A DNA stretch of 63,322 nt, counting the filler, from Octopus bimaculoides (Eukaryota), in the NCBI RefSeq assembly GCF_001194135.2. It is 4 parts of 4 records of this genome, joined end to end, with 100 filler letters (N's around TTAATTAATTAA, not from the genome) between each part and the next. Parts side by side here need not be neighbours in the genome. Positions count along the whole stretch, not along the records: positions 1 to 24,867 come from NC_068986.1; 3 more parts are not named here. One strand, 5' to 3'. The stretch's first letter is position 1. Each line of letters opens with the position of its first letter. Below the pieces are notes generated by a model that was not told the origin of the DNA, did not search any database, and saw only the letters and a list, made by a program, of their open reading frames with translations. The position numbers and the translations under genes are program-made. This document shows positions 1 to 12,456 of the stretch, one piece after another.

Positions 1-227
1 CCCTCACTACTTCTGTTCATGATCAGAGATGCACATATTGTCAGCCACCAAGAGACATGCTCAACTGGTTAAGCTCAAACAACTGACAAAGAAATCTGTG
101 GTATTAAGCAGAATATTTGCTGTAGGTCATCTTTTTATACCAAGACAAAACGATGTACATGATAACACTTCCAATCAATTAAGAACAGAAGCCATAAGAG
201 CCACTGCCTGGTACTGCATCATGGCAT
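1..227 (-). mobile_element. Unclassified ~540-bp (AAT)n-associated repeat ('element X'), copy 1, cut by the window edge
   Basis: Aligns by eye to 55548-56016 (opposite strand) and 62244-62781 (same strand), e.g. gatcagagatgcacatat...gagccactgcctggtactgcatc. Strand assigned from the (AAT)n tail seen on the other copies. Confidence 0.85.
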
Positions 228-366
228 GGTACTGCATCATGGCATGGTACTGCATCATGGCATGGTACTGCATCAGGGCATAAAGGTACTACATTAGGGC
301 ATGGTACTGCGTCAGGGCATGGTACTGAATCAAGGCATATGGTACTGCATCAGGGCATGGTAATAN
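210..366. repeat. 18-nt minisatellite GGTACTGCATCA(T/G)GGCAT, 8 units plus a partial unit running into a gap
   Basis: Units at 210, 228, 246, 264, 285, 303, 321 and 341. The unit matches the terminal sequence of element X (ggtactgcatctgggcat at 62763-62780). Confidence 0.9.
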
Positions 367-1239
367 NNNNNNNNNNNNNNNNNNNNNNNNNNNNNNNNNN
401 NNNNNNNNNNNNNNNNNNNNNNNNNNNNNNNNNNNNNNNNNNNNNNNNNNNNNNNNNNNNNNNNNNNNNNNNNNNNNNNNNNNNNNNNNNNNNNNNNNNN
501 NNNNNNNNNNNNNNNNNNNNNNNNNNNNNNNNNNNNNNNNNNNNNNNNNNNNNNNNNNNNNNNNATATATATATATATATATACATATAAGTCTGCGTTG
601 AACACATATCTGTATACGTTCATTACCGAGTGTTTTAAGTACTTGCATACATATATGGTACGGGCCTGTATTTCGCATAAGTATACGAACGTCAGTCTGT
701 GTTTATATCTGTATTTGTTTTAAACATGTAATTTTGTTTACTGTGTGTATAAATGTACCTGTGCAAGTACGTGCATACTTTTTTGTAGTTAAGCATGTCC
801 GTCTACATGTTTTCTTTGAGTGAGTGTGTATATCTAATTTGTCGGTGTGCCTGTGTATATATATATATATGTGTTGACATGTATGCATACATGTACATCC
901 AGAGAAAAATGCGAATTTCTTCCGAGAAAGGGAAAGTTGTGAAGTCCTTTAGGTCAATGCATAAGCGTACGTGTAGGAAAGTGTGTATATGTGTTGTGTG
1001 TGCATGTGTCTGTGTGTGTGGGTAACTGCGTTTGTTTTTCATTTGTGTATTGTATGTCTTTGTGACACTGTGTCAGTTTGTATGCGGGGAGTATTGTGTG
1101 TGTCCCCCACTGAGCGAGTGATGCTTCAATTTAACCCCTGAAACGAAAATGAAGCCATATCATGGGGTGGATGGAGAGGGGTAAATTAAAATAAATAAAT
1201 GAATGAATGAAGGAATAAATAAATAAATAAGTAAATGAA

Positions 1240-1270
<31 letters not shown>

Positions 1271-1379
1271 AAGAGAACGGGTGAAAATTATAAAGTGTTG
1301 ACGATAACAACCAATACAAATAAAGTTGAAAATAATAAAATTCAGAATAGTAATGACATTTATTTATTTATTCAATAAT

Positions 1380-1381
1380 CA

Positions 1382-1446
<65 letters not shown>

Positions 1447-1456
1447 ACAACAACGA

Positions 1457-1493
<37 letters not shown>

Positions 1494-1496
1494 AAC

Positions 1497-1570
<74 letters not shown>
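1380..1570. repeat. Compound microsatellite (TAG)n(AAC)n(AAT)n
   Basis: Read directly from the sequence. Confidence 0.95.
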
Positions 1571-1571
<1 letters not shown>

Positions 1572-2087
1572 CGACAGAGCTGGGACCTATATACACTGGA
1601 AGCTATGCNNNNNNNNNNNNNNNNNNNNNNNNNNNNNNNNNNNNNNNNNNNNNNNNNNNNNNNNNNNNNNNNNNNNNNNNNNNNNNNNNNNNNNNNNNNN
1701 NNNNNNNNNNNNNNNNNNNNNNNNNNNNNNNNNNNNNNNNNNNNNNNNNNNNNNNNNNNNNAGAAATGGAAAAACTTTCAAAATACAAAGACCTGGAAAT
1801 AGAGATAACTCGAATGTGGAATCTAAAAACAGAAACAATTCCTATCATAGTAGGTGCCTTAGGTATAATAAAAAAATATTCAGACAAATACATAACAAAA
1901 ACACCAGGACTTACAAATATATATAACATACAGAAAATTGCACTACTGGGTACTGCACACATTCTACGCAAAACACTTTCAATACAGTAAACATAAGAGC
2001 ACCACAGCAAACCACAGCACATACCCAAGGCGCACAGAGCTGCGCTCGGTAGTGAAGTGAAAGCACGTTATAAAAATAAAACTACTG
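1571..2087 (+). mobile_element. 5'-truncated R4/Dong-clade non-LTR retrotransposon (C-terminal restriction-like endonuclease region and 3' UTR) inserted in (AAT)n
   Basis: 1571 reads DRAGTYIHWKLC (post-CCHC motif). After the gap it reads MEKLSKYKDLEIEITRMWNLKTETIPIIVGALG...LRKTLSIQ* (stop at 1988-1990). (AAT)n lies on both sides in the same orientation. Confidence 0.85.
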
Positions 2088-2337
2088 AATAATAATAATA
2101 ATAACAACAACAATAATAATAATTGCTTCTTTGAATAATTTTCATTCGTAATAGTGATAACAATAACAAGAAAGAGACGGTTGCAGATGCTGGTGGGTTG
2201 ATCATGACGAGTGTCTTCATAAAATGAAACAGAAAATATAGGAAAATTTGTTTACGAAACACACGCACACACGCGCGAAATGGAAAAGTCCTCCTCGCTA
2301 CAAAGAAATAAGATATATATATATATATATATATATA

Positions 2338-2500
2338 TGTAGGGAGAATTCACAGAAAAAGAAACAGAAGGCAAACACAGGTGGTGTAGACAACAAACAG
2401 ATGTATTAGTTTAACGCTCGGAAAGTGAAAAGGTCTTTAACGTTTCGAGCCTTCGCTCTTCCACAGAAAGAAACAAGGAGAGAAGTCTAAATACAGAAAA
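2338..2500 (-). mobile_element. Penelope-like terminal repeat fragment with a degenerate minimal hammerhead motif, abutting (TA)n
   Basis: Minus strand 2470-2435 reads cttt-CTGTGGA-a-gagc(gaag)gctc-GAAA-cg-TT-aaag. Layout is the same as the element at 59640-59790. Confidence 0.55.
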
Positions 2501-3719
2501 AAAACTAAAAGACAAGATAAAAAACAAAATGTATAGGGCAAATAAGAAAATGGAGAGGATATAATATCGACATAAAATCCACTTTCTGATTTGCCGTATA
2601 AACAACTTTTTACCCCCGCCCATATATAATACTCAACTGCGAGATAGCCGCGCAGTAACTAGCACTTGGGTATGGATAACTGGGTACACTGTTAGCATTA
2701 TATTGGATAGGTACTATCCCTTAGTTGGCTTCTCAACGTCTAACTCACACGGAAATATATATNNNNNNNNNNNNNNNNNNNNNNNNNNNNNNNNNNNNNN
2801 NNNNNNNNNNNNNNNNNNNNNNNNNNNNNNNNNNNNNNNNNNNNNNNNNNNNNNNNNNNNNNNNNNNNNNNNNNNNNNNNNNNNNNNNNNNNNNNNNNNN
2901 NNNNNNNNNNNNNNNNNNNNNNNNNNNNNNNNNNNNNNNNNNNNNNNNNNNNNNNNNNNNNNNNNNNNNNNNNNNNNNNNNNNNNNNNNNNNNNNNNNNN
3001 NNNNNNNNNNNNNNNNNNNNNNNNNNNNNNNNNNNNNNNNNNNNNNNNNNNNNNNNNNNNNNNNNNNNNNNNNNNNNNNNNNNNNNNNNNNNNNNNNNNN
3101 NNNNNNNNNNNNNNNNNNNNNNNNNNNNNNNNNNNNNNNNNNNNNNNNNNNNNNNNNNNNNNNNNNNNNNNNNNNNNNNNNNNTATATATATATCGTTTT
3201 TTTATTCGGTTTGAAAACTGTCGAGAACTCAAAAGTTGTGACATAGATGTATATATATGTGTGTGTGTGTGTGTGACCATATGTGCGTGTGTGTGTGTGT
3301 GTATTCATATAGGTACACGCTTTTGTACGTGCGAATGAAAGTCTGCAATTAAACATATACCATTCACAAAATCCAGTCTTGTTTGACGGTTTATATCCTG
3401 CGATTTCAACGCATTTTGTCGTCGTCTACCCTGGAAGGTCTGCGTATCTGCTACCGAAAAGTTAGTCTCCAATTTGCTGGAGAAGATAAGGACTTTTCTA
3501 TGAATGGAACTGTCCATGAATGTAAGTGTAACTCGTTAAGACAGTTGCCGGACCTACATAATTCGATATAATCGAACAAGGTGTTGATGCCAGGATATTT
3601 GAATGGCTGCCGTCCCAAGAATGAAGTAAAGAAAAGAATATGGTTAATATCTTTATTTCCTGGGGTACTCAGTATTGGGATGTGTAAACGATGTTCATGT
3701 TAAACAGGAGTTTAACCCC

Positions 3720-3947
3720 TTAACCTCTTAGCATTCAGGTTACTCTCTCAAATGTAATGCTTATTAATTTACACTGTTTTGAATTAATCAGGTGTTATTT
3801 CATAGCTTTGAGATTTAGAAGATGTGATTATATATTTTCAGAATGACATCATAGGATAGGTGTGAGAGGCCAGATCTGGCTAGTTTGAACATAAAACAGT
3901 CAGAATATTTGCGACAGATATGGCCGGTTTAAGTGCTAAAGGGTTAC
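3720..3947. mobile_element. piggyBac-type MITE
   Basis: Ends ttaa-cctcttagcatt ... gtgctaaaggg-ttac are degenerate inverted repeats with TTAA-like target sites; about 225 bp and non-coding. Confidence 0.65.
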
Positions 3948-4239
3948 ACACACGCTCGCTCGCATATACACGTATACATACTTTAAAGATGTATGTAAAT
4001 GGAACACCACGTTTGGTGTCTGGTGTGTTTTCAATGGTTGTTCAATGATACTACGAATGTAAACGCTGTTGGTATCACAAATATACATGTACTTTATTAT
4101 GAAGACCTAACAAGCACAGAAACACAACCGTTTTCTCTTTCTGTTCTCAAAATCAGTTTTCTCTCCCACATTCTGTTTCGCCAGCCAACTATGTCTCGAT
4201 GACGTTGTCATTCGACACAGAGAAGGAGACTCACACGTA

Positions 4240-4356
<117 letters not shown>

Positions 4357-4864
4357 ATGGAGAAAGAGAGCGGCAGACACACGCATACATGCTTAAGAAA
4401 AGCAGACACTCTAAGCTATACTCATTAATGAGATATGAAACGTTCATTTATATATGCATATATACATACATGTGTGCGCGCATGTATATATAGCAAAATT
4501 GATATCAATATAGATACAAATGTATATATATGTATATATGGACATGTATATATGAGTATGTTTACACGTTCGTACATACATATATATATATATATATACA
4601 CTCACACGCACAGGTACACACAGACATATATACACACACATTGACTTTCCTAATGAAATGAATGCACAACGTACATAATCTAACACCAATCCTTTTCCAG
4701 TTCTATCTATTAGCTTCCATCTCAAGTAGACACTAACCGATACGGCGTCAAGCTTCCACTGCAACGAGCCTTCTAGTGTGCACATGGATTCATAGAATAT
4801 TCCTTACGCACATAGATGGCAAAATATATGTGTAGTTCTGTGTGTGTGTCTGTGTGTACATACA

Positions 4865-4898
<34 letters not shown>

Positions 4899-5059
4899 CA
4901 TACATGCATACATGCATACTCAGACACGCACATATGTGTATATATATAATTTTGTGCCTATGTTTGTATGGTTATTGCTTAATTAAGAGGGAGGGTATCG
5001 TCTGTATACACACATGAACACACACACATACACACACACATATATACTTATATATAGAG

Positions 5060-5092
<33 letters not shown>

Positions 5093-5843
5093 NNNNNNNN
5101 NNNNNNNNNNNNNNNNNNNNNNNNNNNNNNNNNNNNNNNNNNNNNNNNNNNNNNNNNNNNNNNNNNNNNNNNNNNNNNNNNNNNNNNNNNNNNNNNNNNN
5201 NNNNNNNNNNNNNNNNNNNNNNNNNNNNNNNNNNNNNNNNNNNNNNNNNNNNNNNNNNNNNNNNNNNNNNNNNNNNNNNNNNNNNNNNNNNNNNNNNNNN
5301 NNNNNNNNNNNNNNNNNNNNNNNNNNNNNNNNNNNNNNNNNNNNNNNNNNNNNNNNNNNNNNNNNNNNNNNNNNNNNNNNNNNNNNNNNNNNNNNNNNNN
5401 NNNNNNNNNNNNNNNNNNNNNNNNNNNNNNNNNNNNNNNNNNNNNNNNNNNNNNNNNNNNNNNNNNNNNNNNNNNNNNNNNNNNNNNNNNNNNNNNNNNN
5501 NNNNNNNNNNNNNNNNNNNNNNNNNNNNNNNNNNNNNNNNNNNNNNNNNNNNNNNNNNNNNNNNNNNNNNNNNNNNNNNNNNNNNNNNNNNAGTCATCGC
5601 TACCACTCCACTCCCGCTTTCAACAACACCATTGAAATTTAATTAAATTTTCACCTTTTGCACTTCATGTTAGATGCCTTAGGGATCCATGTTCAATCCA
5701 CGTTTACTCTCACATTTCCACAATTTATCTCGCGGCCCCAACCTCTTCTTTTCTCTCTCTCTTTCCTGTCCTGTCCTACCCTGTGTATATTGTGTATATA
5801 TATATTGTTTTCTGTAGTTTGTTTCCATGAATATTTTTTAATA

Positions 5844-5875
<32 letters not shown>

Positions 5876-6388
5876 CATATATACACACACACATTTGTGC
5901 GTGCGTGTGTCTGTATGAATGTGTTTGTATGCATTTGTCCGTGTGTGTGCGAATGTCTGCATTTTTCGCTTATTCTCTAATAAAGGCGTCCACAATATTA
6001 TTTGCATAAATCCAGTCATGTGTATATACAAACACAAATACAAACACATATATACAAACACATATATACAAACACACTCCTCTCTATCCCTCCGTCTCTT
6101 TTCTTCTCTCTGTGTCACTCTTTATTACTTTTATATCTGTTCCATGAAGATATATATATATATGTATGGATGTATATACATATACGTATATATATGCATA
6201 TATATATGCATATGTATATATAGATACATAGATACATAGCTATATATATGTATATGTATATATAGATATATAGTTAGATACATAGATATAGATATATATA
6301 TGCATACATACATATATACATACATAGATATATATACATATATATGTATATACACATATATATGTACACACACACACATATACACATG

Positions 6389-6469
<81 letters not shown>

Positions 6470-6656
6470 NNNNNNNNNNNNNNNNNNNNNNNNNNNNNNN
6501 NNNNNNNNNNNNNNNNNNNNNNNNNNNNNNNNNNNNNNNNNNNNNNNNNNNNNNNNNNNNNNNNNNNNNNNNNNNNNNNNNNNNNNNNNNNNNNNNNNNN
6601 NNNNNNNNNNNNNNNNNNNNNNNNNNNNNNNNNNNNNNNNNNNNNNNNNNNNNNNN

Positions 6657-6713
<57 letters not shown>

Positions 6714-7190
6714 CGTATACCACGGATATACGTATATATACGTATACGTATATATTCATTCACAAAACATCATTTTGCATGGAATATTGTAGAAAACATT
6801 TATTCAATATGCAGCAGAGTGAAATGGAACCCGAAAACTGCAAAGCTTGCCTCTACACAGCCATACCGCCAGCTCTTTAACTATAATGTATAGCATGTTC
6901 CGAAAAAACAAAAAACAAAAACGCTTTCATTTTCGAGTTGGTGGAACCCTATGAAGCTAATGTAAAGTGTGTACACTAAAGAAAAAACCGGAAATATGAA
7001 GGCTTTAGTGAATCATGTGAGAATAACAGGAAATAACAGTACACGGTTTCGAGTTTAACGACATGTCGTAGGTACGTAGTCACATGTATCACAAATAAAT
7101 TCCTTGTGGAATCTGACCTAGAAAAGTTAACAATATGGTGATTTCTAAACTGAAGATGAAGCTGAAGTTCTTCACTTTTTGTACGGCAGA

Positions 7191-7607
7191 TACTCTCTTA
7201 CTCTTTTACTTGTTTCAGTCATTTGACTGCGGCCATGCTGGAGCACCGCCTTGAGTCGAGCAAATCGAACCCAGGACTTATTGTTTGTAAGCCTAGTATG
7301 TATTCTATCGGTGTCATTTGCCGAACCGCTAAGTTACGGGGACGTAAATAAACCAGCATCGGTTGTCAAGCGATGTTGGGGGGACAAACACAGACACACA
7401 CAAACATATACATACACATACATATATATATATATATATATACATATATACGACGGGCTTCTTTCAGTTTTCGTCTTCCAAATCCACTCACAAGGCTTTG
7501 GTCGGCCAGAGGCTAGAGTAGAAAACACTTGCCCATGGTGCCACGCAGTGGGATTGGACCCGGAACGATGTAGTTGGTAAGTAAGCTACTTGCCACACCA
7601 CCACTCC
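7191..7607 (-). mobile_element. tRNA-derived SINE, family A (~410 bp with an internal (TA)/(CA) tract)
   Basis: Matches the copies at 48876-49292 and 50917-51329. Minus strand has a head with A- and B-box-like motifs and the tail ...ctgaaacaagtaaaagagta. Confidence 0.9.
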
Positions 7608-8548
7608 GAAAAATATAAATGAGACAAAAGAGAAAGTCCTCAGCAATGAGTAAAGGAATATAGATACCAGGTTGGAAAATATTAGATATAGCTGCAAACA
7701 GCAATAGATCTCTGTTAGATCCTAATGAATACGAAAGACAGTTATTACTCCGTTTTGATTCCTCGACTAGAAAACGTTGCCTTTTCCGTCTGTCGTTGAA
7801 ATAAAGTCAGTTGATGGAGCAGACAACACTTGTTTGAAGCACTTTGTAAATTTAATTTCCATAGATGCTATGATGTCATAAAACTACAACAACAACAACA
7901 ACCGGACATTGAAACGAAATAACAATGGTTATAAACAAGCACTATGTTGTGTATGTAAAGTCAATTGAGACGCCGGAGTATATAAAGTATACTCTAGATA
8001 ATTAACCTAAAGTGTTAAGCCGCAAGGGTTTCAGTTGGTGAGCAGAAAAGCCAGTTTATTAGTGGAAAAGCGCAAATGATATGTCACGTCTTTCAAAATT
8101 CTTACACCTTCTCACTTTTCCAGTTCTTTCATCCTGTTTCTGCATGTCGTTTATCCACAAGAGGCCACGCAAAGCATGGGGTTGCTTATACTCAACAGAA
8201 AAAAAATTTCAGATAAATATTTACATATTTAAAGAGAAATATATGTCTACACACAAATGTATTTAACTAAAATATTCCACGCATTCTCAGTGAAATGAAT
8301 GAAAGTACCAGAACATATTTGTCTACGCCATTACTTAAACATACACATATCCGGTAACTTATAAAAACAGATACATATGCTAGTATATATATGTATATAC
8401 ATATAACCCGACTCAAATAGAATTACACATACAAACTGTTATATGTATAAATAGTTTAAAAGTATTTCAGGGAAGTATGTATAAGAGAAATTTTCCTTCC
8501 AACAACAGCCAACAGAAATATATATGCTTCCAGATAATTCTGTAGCTT

Positions 8549-8917
8549 TTATCATTTAGCCTTTATATCTTTCAATCATGAGACTACGCCCATGCTGGGG
8601 CATCGCTTTGAGGAATTTAAGTCGAACAAATCAACACAAGTACTTATCTTCTAAGCCTGTAATTATTCTCCTGGCCTCCTGAAGAACTCCTAAGTTATTG
8701 GGACATAAACATACAAGCACCGGTTGTCAAGCTATGGAGGGGGACAAATACTCACAAACATACACTTATGTGTGTACGTGTGTGTGTATAGGGCTTCTTT
8801 GTGTTTCCGTCCACCAAATCCATTTACATGATTTTGGTCTGCCCGAGGCTGATAGGAAAGGGTTACCCAAGGTACCACGCAGTGGGATTGAAAACAGGAA
8901 CATGCGGTTCGGAAGCA
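8549..8917 (-). mobile_element. SINE family A, diverged copy
   Basis: ccatgctggggcatcgc, ggttgtcaagc and cccaaggtaccacgcagtggga blocks occur in the family A order. Confidence 0.75.
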
Positions 8918-8951
8918 TGTATAAATATATATATATTTAGTTATTTATTTA

Positions 8952-8994
<43 letters not shown>

Positions 8995-9040
8995 GTGTCT
9001 GTCTCTGCTCCCCACTCTCTGTATATATGTGTGTGTATGT

Positions 9041-9261
9041 TTCTTATTTCTTTATTGCCCATAAAGGGGACAAACAAGGACAGACAAAGGAATTAATTCG
9101 ATTACATCGACCTCATTGCGTAACTGGTACTTAATTTATCGACCCCGAAAGGATGAAAGGCAAAGTCGACCGCTACGGAATTTGAACTCAGAACATAACG
9201 GCAGGCGAAATACCGCTAAGCATTTCGCCCGGCTTGTTAACGTTTCTGCCAGCTCGCCGCC
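9041..9261 (-). mobile_element. tRNA-derived SINE, family B (~230 bp)
   Basis: Reverse complement of 58173-58406. Head ggcggcgagctggcagaa, B-box gagttcaaattcc, central gtcgactttgcctttcatcctttcggggtcgataaa. Confidence 0.9.
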
Positions 9262-9352
9262 TTTCTGTGTCTGCGTGTGCGTTTGTGTGTATGTGTGTAT
9301 GTATACATCTCTCTCTATATATATATAATTATATATATACGTACATATATAT

Positions 9353-9746
9353 AGGTGTGGGTGTGCCTGTGTGGTAAGAAACTTGCCTTCCAGCCACATG
9401 TCTCTGACTGTCTGGGTTCAGTACCACTGCCTGACATCTTGAGCATGTGTCTTCTACTGTACTTCGGCCCGGCCAAAGTCTTGTGAGTGGATTTTGTTAA
9501 TGGAAACTAAAAGAAGCCTGTCCTATATATATATATGCATATATCTATATGTGTCTGTCTTGATATCTGTGTTTTCCCCCCTCCACCGCTCGGCAACCGG
9601 TGTTGGTGTCCTTACTTCCCCGTAACTTAGCCAATCAGCAAAAAGAAGCCGATAGAATAAATACCAGGCTTCGCCATTGAAACCCTTCAACGGGGTGCCC
9701 CAGCATGGACGCAGTCAAATGGCTGAAAAAAGTAAACGATAAAAAG
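9353..9746 (+). mobile_element. SINE family A, diverged copy
   Basis: gtgtggtaagaaacttgc...gggttcagtaccactg...ccccgtaacttag...gcagtcaaatggctgaaaaaagtaaa. Confidence 0.85.
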
Positions 9747-10956
9747 TAAAAAAATTATATATATAAATATATATATATGTTTATATATCTATATATATGT
9801 TTATATATATATATGTATGTATATATATATATATNNNNNNNNNNNNNNNNNNNNNNNNNNNNNNNNNNNNNNNNNNNNNNNNNNNNNNNNNNNNNNNNNN
9901 NNNNNNNNNNNNNNNNNNNNNNNNNNNNNNNNNNNNNNNNNNNNNNNNNNNNNNNNNNNNNNNNNNNNNNNNNNNNNNNNNNNNNNNNNNNNNNNNNNNN
10001 NNNNNNNNNNNNNNNNNNNNNNNNNNNNNNNNNNNNNNNNNNNNNNNNNNNNNNNNNNNNNNNNNNNNNNNNNNNNNNNNNNNNNNNNNNNNNNNNNNNN
10101 NNNNNNNNNNNNNNNNNNNNNNNNNNNNNNNNNNNNNNNNNNNNNNNNNNNNNNNNNNNNNNNNNNNNNNNNNNNNNNNNNNNNNNNNNNNNNNNNNNNN
10201 NNNNNNNNNNNNNNNNNNNNNNNNNNNNNNNNNNNNNNNNNNNNNNNNNNNNNNNNNNNNNNNNNNNNNNNNNNNNNNNNNNNNNNNNNNNNNNNNNNNN
10301 NNNNNNNNNNNNNNNNNNNNNNNNNNNNNNNNNNNNNNNNNNNNNNNNNNNNNNNNNNNNNNNNNNNNNNNNNNNNNNNNNNNNNNNNNNNNNNNNNNNN
10401 NNNNNNNNNNNNNNNNNNNNNNNNNNNNNNNNNNNNNNNNNNNNNNNNNNNNNNNNNNNNNNNNNNNNNNNNNNNNNNNNNNNNNNNNNNNNNNNNNNNN
10501 NNNNNNNNNNNNNNNNNNNNNNNNNNNNNNNNNNNNNNNNNNNNNNNNNNNNNNNNNNNNNNNNNNNNNNNNNNNNNNNNNNNNNNNNNNNNNNNNNNNN
10601 NNNNNNNNNNNNNNNNNNNNNNNNNNNNNNNNNNNNNNNNNNNNNNNNNNNNNNNNNNNNNNNNNNNNNNNNNNNNNNNNNNNNNNNNNNNNNNNNNNNN
10701 NNNNNNNNNNNNNNNNNNNNNNNNNNNNNNNNNNNNNNNNNNNNNNNNNNNNNNNNNNNNNNNNNNNNNNNNNNNNNNNNNNNNNNNNNNATATATATAT
10801 ATATACATACATACATGCATATACAAATATATGTGTATGTCTTTGCATGTGTCCTGCTGGTTACTCACCAACGCTCGACAACTAATGCATGCAAAGATGC
10901 AGTTCAGCGAAAAAGAAACTATAAAATAAGCAACAGACTTAAGAACTATAAATAGT

Positions 10957-11040
10957 TGAGTCGATTTCTTTGACTGAACCCTGTAAGGCGATGGTCCAGC
11001 ACGACCCCAGTCCAGGGGTTGAAGCAAATAAAAGATAAGT
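10957..11040 (+). mobile_element. SINE family A, 3' fragment
   Basis: gagtcgatttctttgact...ccagcacgaccccagtcc...gaagcaaataaaaga resembles the family A tail. Confidence 0.55.
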
Positions 11041-11719
11041 GATAAGATTGGATGATTAGTAGAATATGAAAAACGATGGTCAAATTATCCCTCAAGTATT
11101 GTGGACCTTCGTATAGAAAATGTCCGGTATGAATGATAAATTAGTGGAATATTTAAAACGATTGACAGATTGCCATACTTTGGGTTGTTGCGTGTTGGTA
11201 GAATAGCTAGTAGTGGACTAAATGCCTTGTGGTATTTAGTGATATAAATATACGTTTTGATTTCTGATTCCGTTGAGATGAACTTAACTTTCATCCTTCT
11301 AGGGTTGATAAAGATAAAGTAAATATCATCCTAAAACTAGAATCGATTTTATCGAATACTTCTCCTTCCTCTTAAGGATTTGTAGAACGGTGCTTATATT
11401 AGAACTCAAAGCGATTAATATTTGGAACATTTCAGATTTATCGGTAAGAATGTTTAAATTCTTGGTAAAGCTTTTGATAAATTGTAAGAACCAATAAGGT
11501 TTGTGATTGGTGGGGATTATCGGTGGTTTCCAGAGAGTTAAGTGGAATCGGAGATAAATCTGCTAATCAATCGGACGCTGCTCTATCGTGTGGAGATTTT
11601 AGTTTTCGCACCGGAAGAACCACAGTGGATCAACAGAGTAAGACACCAAGCCATCGATTTTACGCTGACACTGTTGTTTCTAGTCAGAGTGAGGTGGCTG
11701 TAGAGATTTCAGTTTGCAA

Positions 11720-11883
11720 TTCCTCGTGGCACTCCGTCGGTTGTGACGATAAGTGTTCCAGTTGCTTTGGTCGACCAAACAGCCAGCTCGTAAAATTAAC
11801 GCGCATGTAGCTGAGCACTCCACAGATACGCGTACCTTTAACGTAGTCACCAGGTAAATTCAGCGTGATACAGTGCGGAACAG
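11720..11883 (-). mobile_element. SINE family C, 3' fragment
   Basis: ggcactccgtcg...ctgagcactccacaga...aacgtag...ttcagcgtgatacag aligns with 15556-15760. Confidence 0.75.
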
Positions 11884-12456
11884 TCATTTTAACGACTTGT
11901 ATTTATTTATCACTGGACGAGTTACCTCTGTACCACTAGATGCTCTTGAACCAGTTGTTGAGTGTCCCATCCAAGAGGAATCAATGCTAGATTTGTTGAA
12001 ACAATTGTGATTAATAATAAATTCTCGTATATTCCATCTGTCTTTCATTTGCTATNNNNNNNNNNNNNNNNNNNNNNNNNNNNNNNNNNNNNNNNNNNNN
12101 NNNNNNNNNNNNNNNNNNNNNNNNNNNNNNNNNNNNNNNNNNNNNNNNNNNNNNNNNNNNNNNNNNNNNNNNNNNNNNNNNNNNNNNNNNNNNNNNNNNN
12201 NNNNNNNNNNNNNNNNNNNNNNNNNNNNNNNNNNNNNNNNNNNNNNNNNNNNNNNNNNNNNNNNNNNNNNNNNNNNNNNNNNNNNNNNNNNNNNNNNNNN
12301 NNNNNNNNNNNNNNNNNNNNNNNNNNNNNNNNNNNNNNNNNNNNNNNNNNNNNNNNNNNNNNNNNNNNNNNNNNNNNNNNNNNNNNNNNNNNNNNNNNNN
12401 NNNNNNNNNNNNNNNNNNNNNNNNNNNNNNNNNNNNNNNNNNNNNNNNNNNNNNNN

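Noticed and set aside
210-366. CRISPR-like reading of the 18-nt repeats
   Set aside because: There are no unique spacers, the context is eukaryotic, and the unit derives from a mobile-element end.
3377-3640. Exon-like signals: a + strand GTAAGT donor at 3522 and a 49-nt minus-strand candidate at 3558-3606
   Set aside because: The candidates are on opposite strands, the acceptors are weak, and no peptide is recognisable; they cannot be supported without RNA data.
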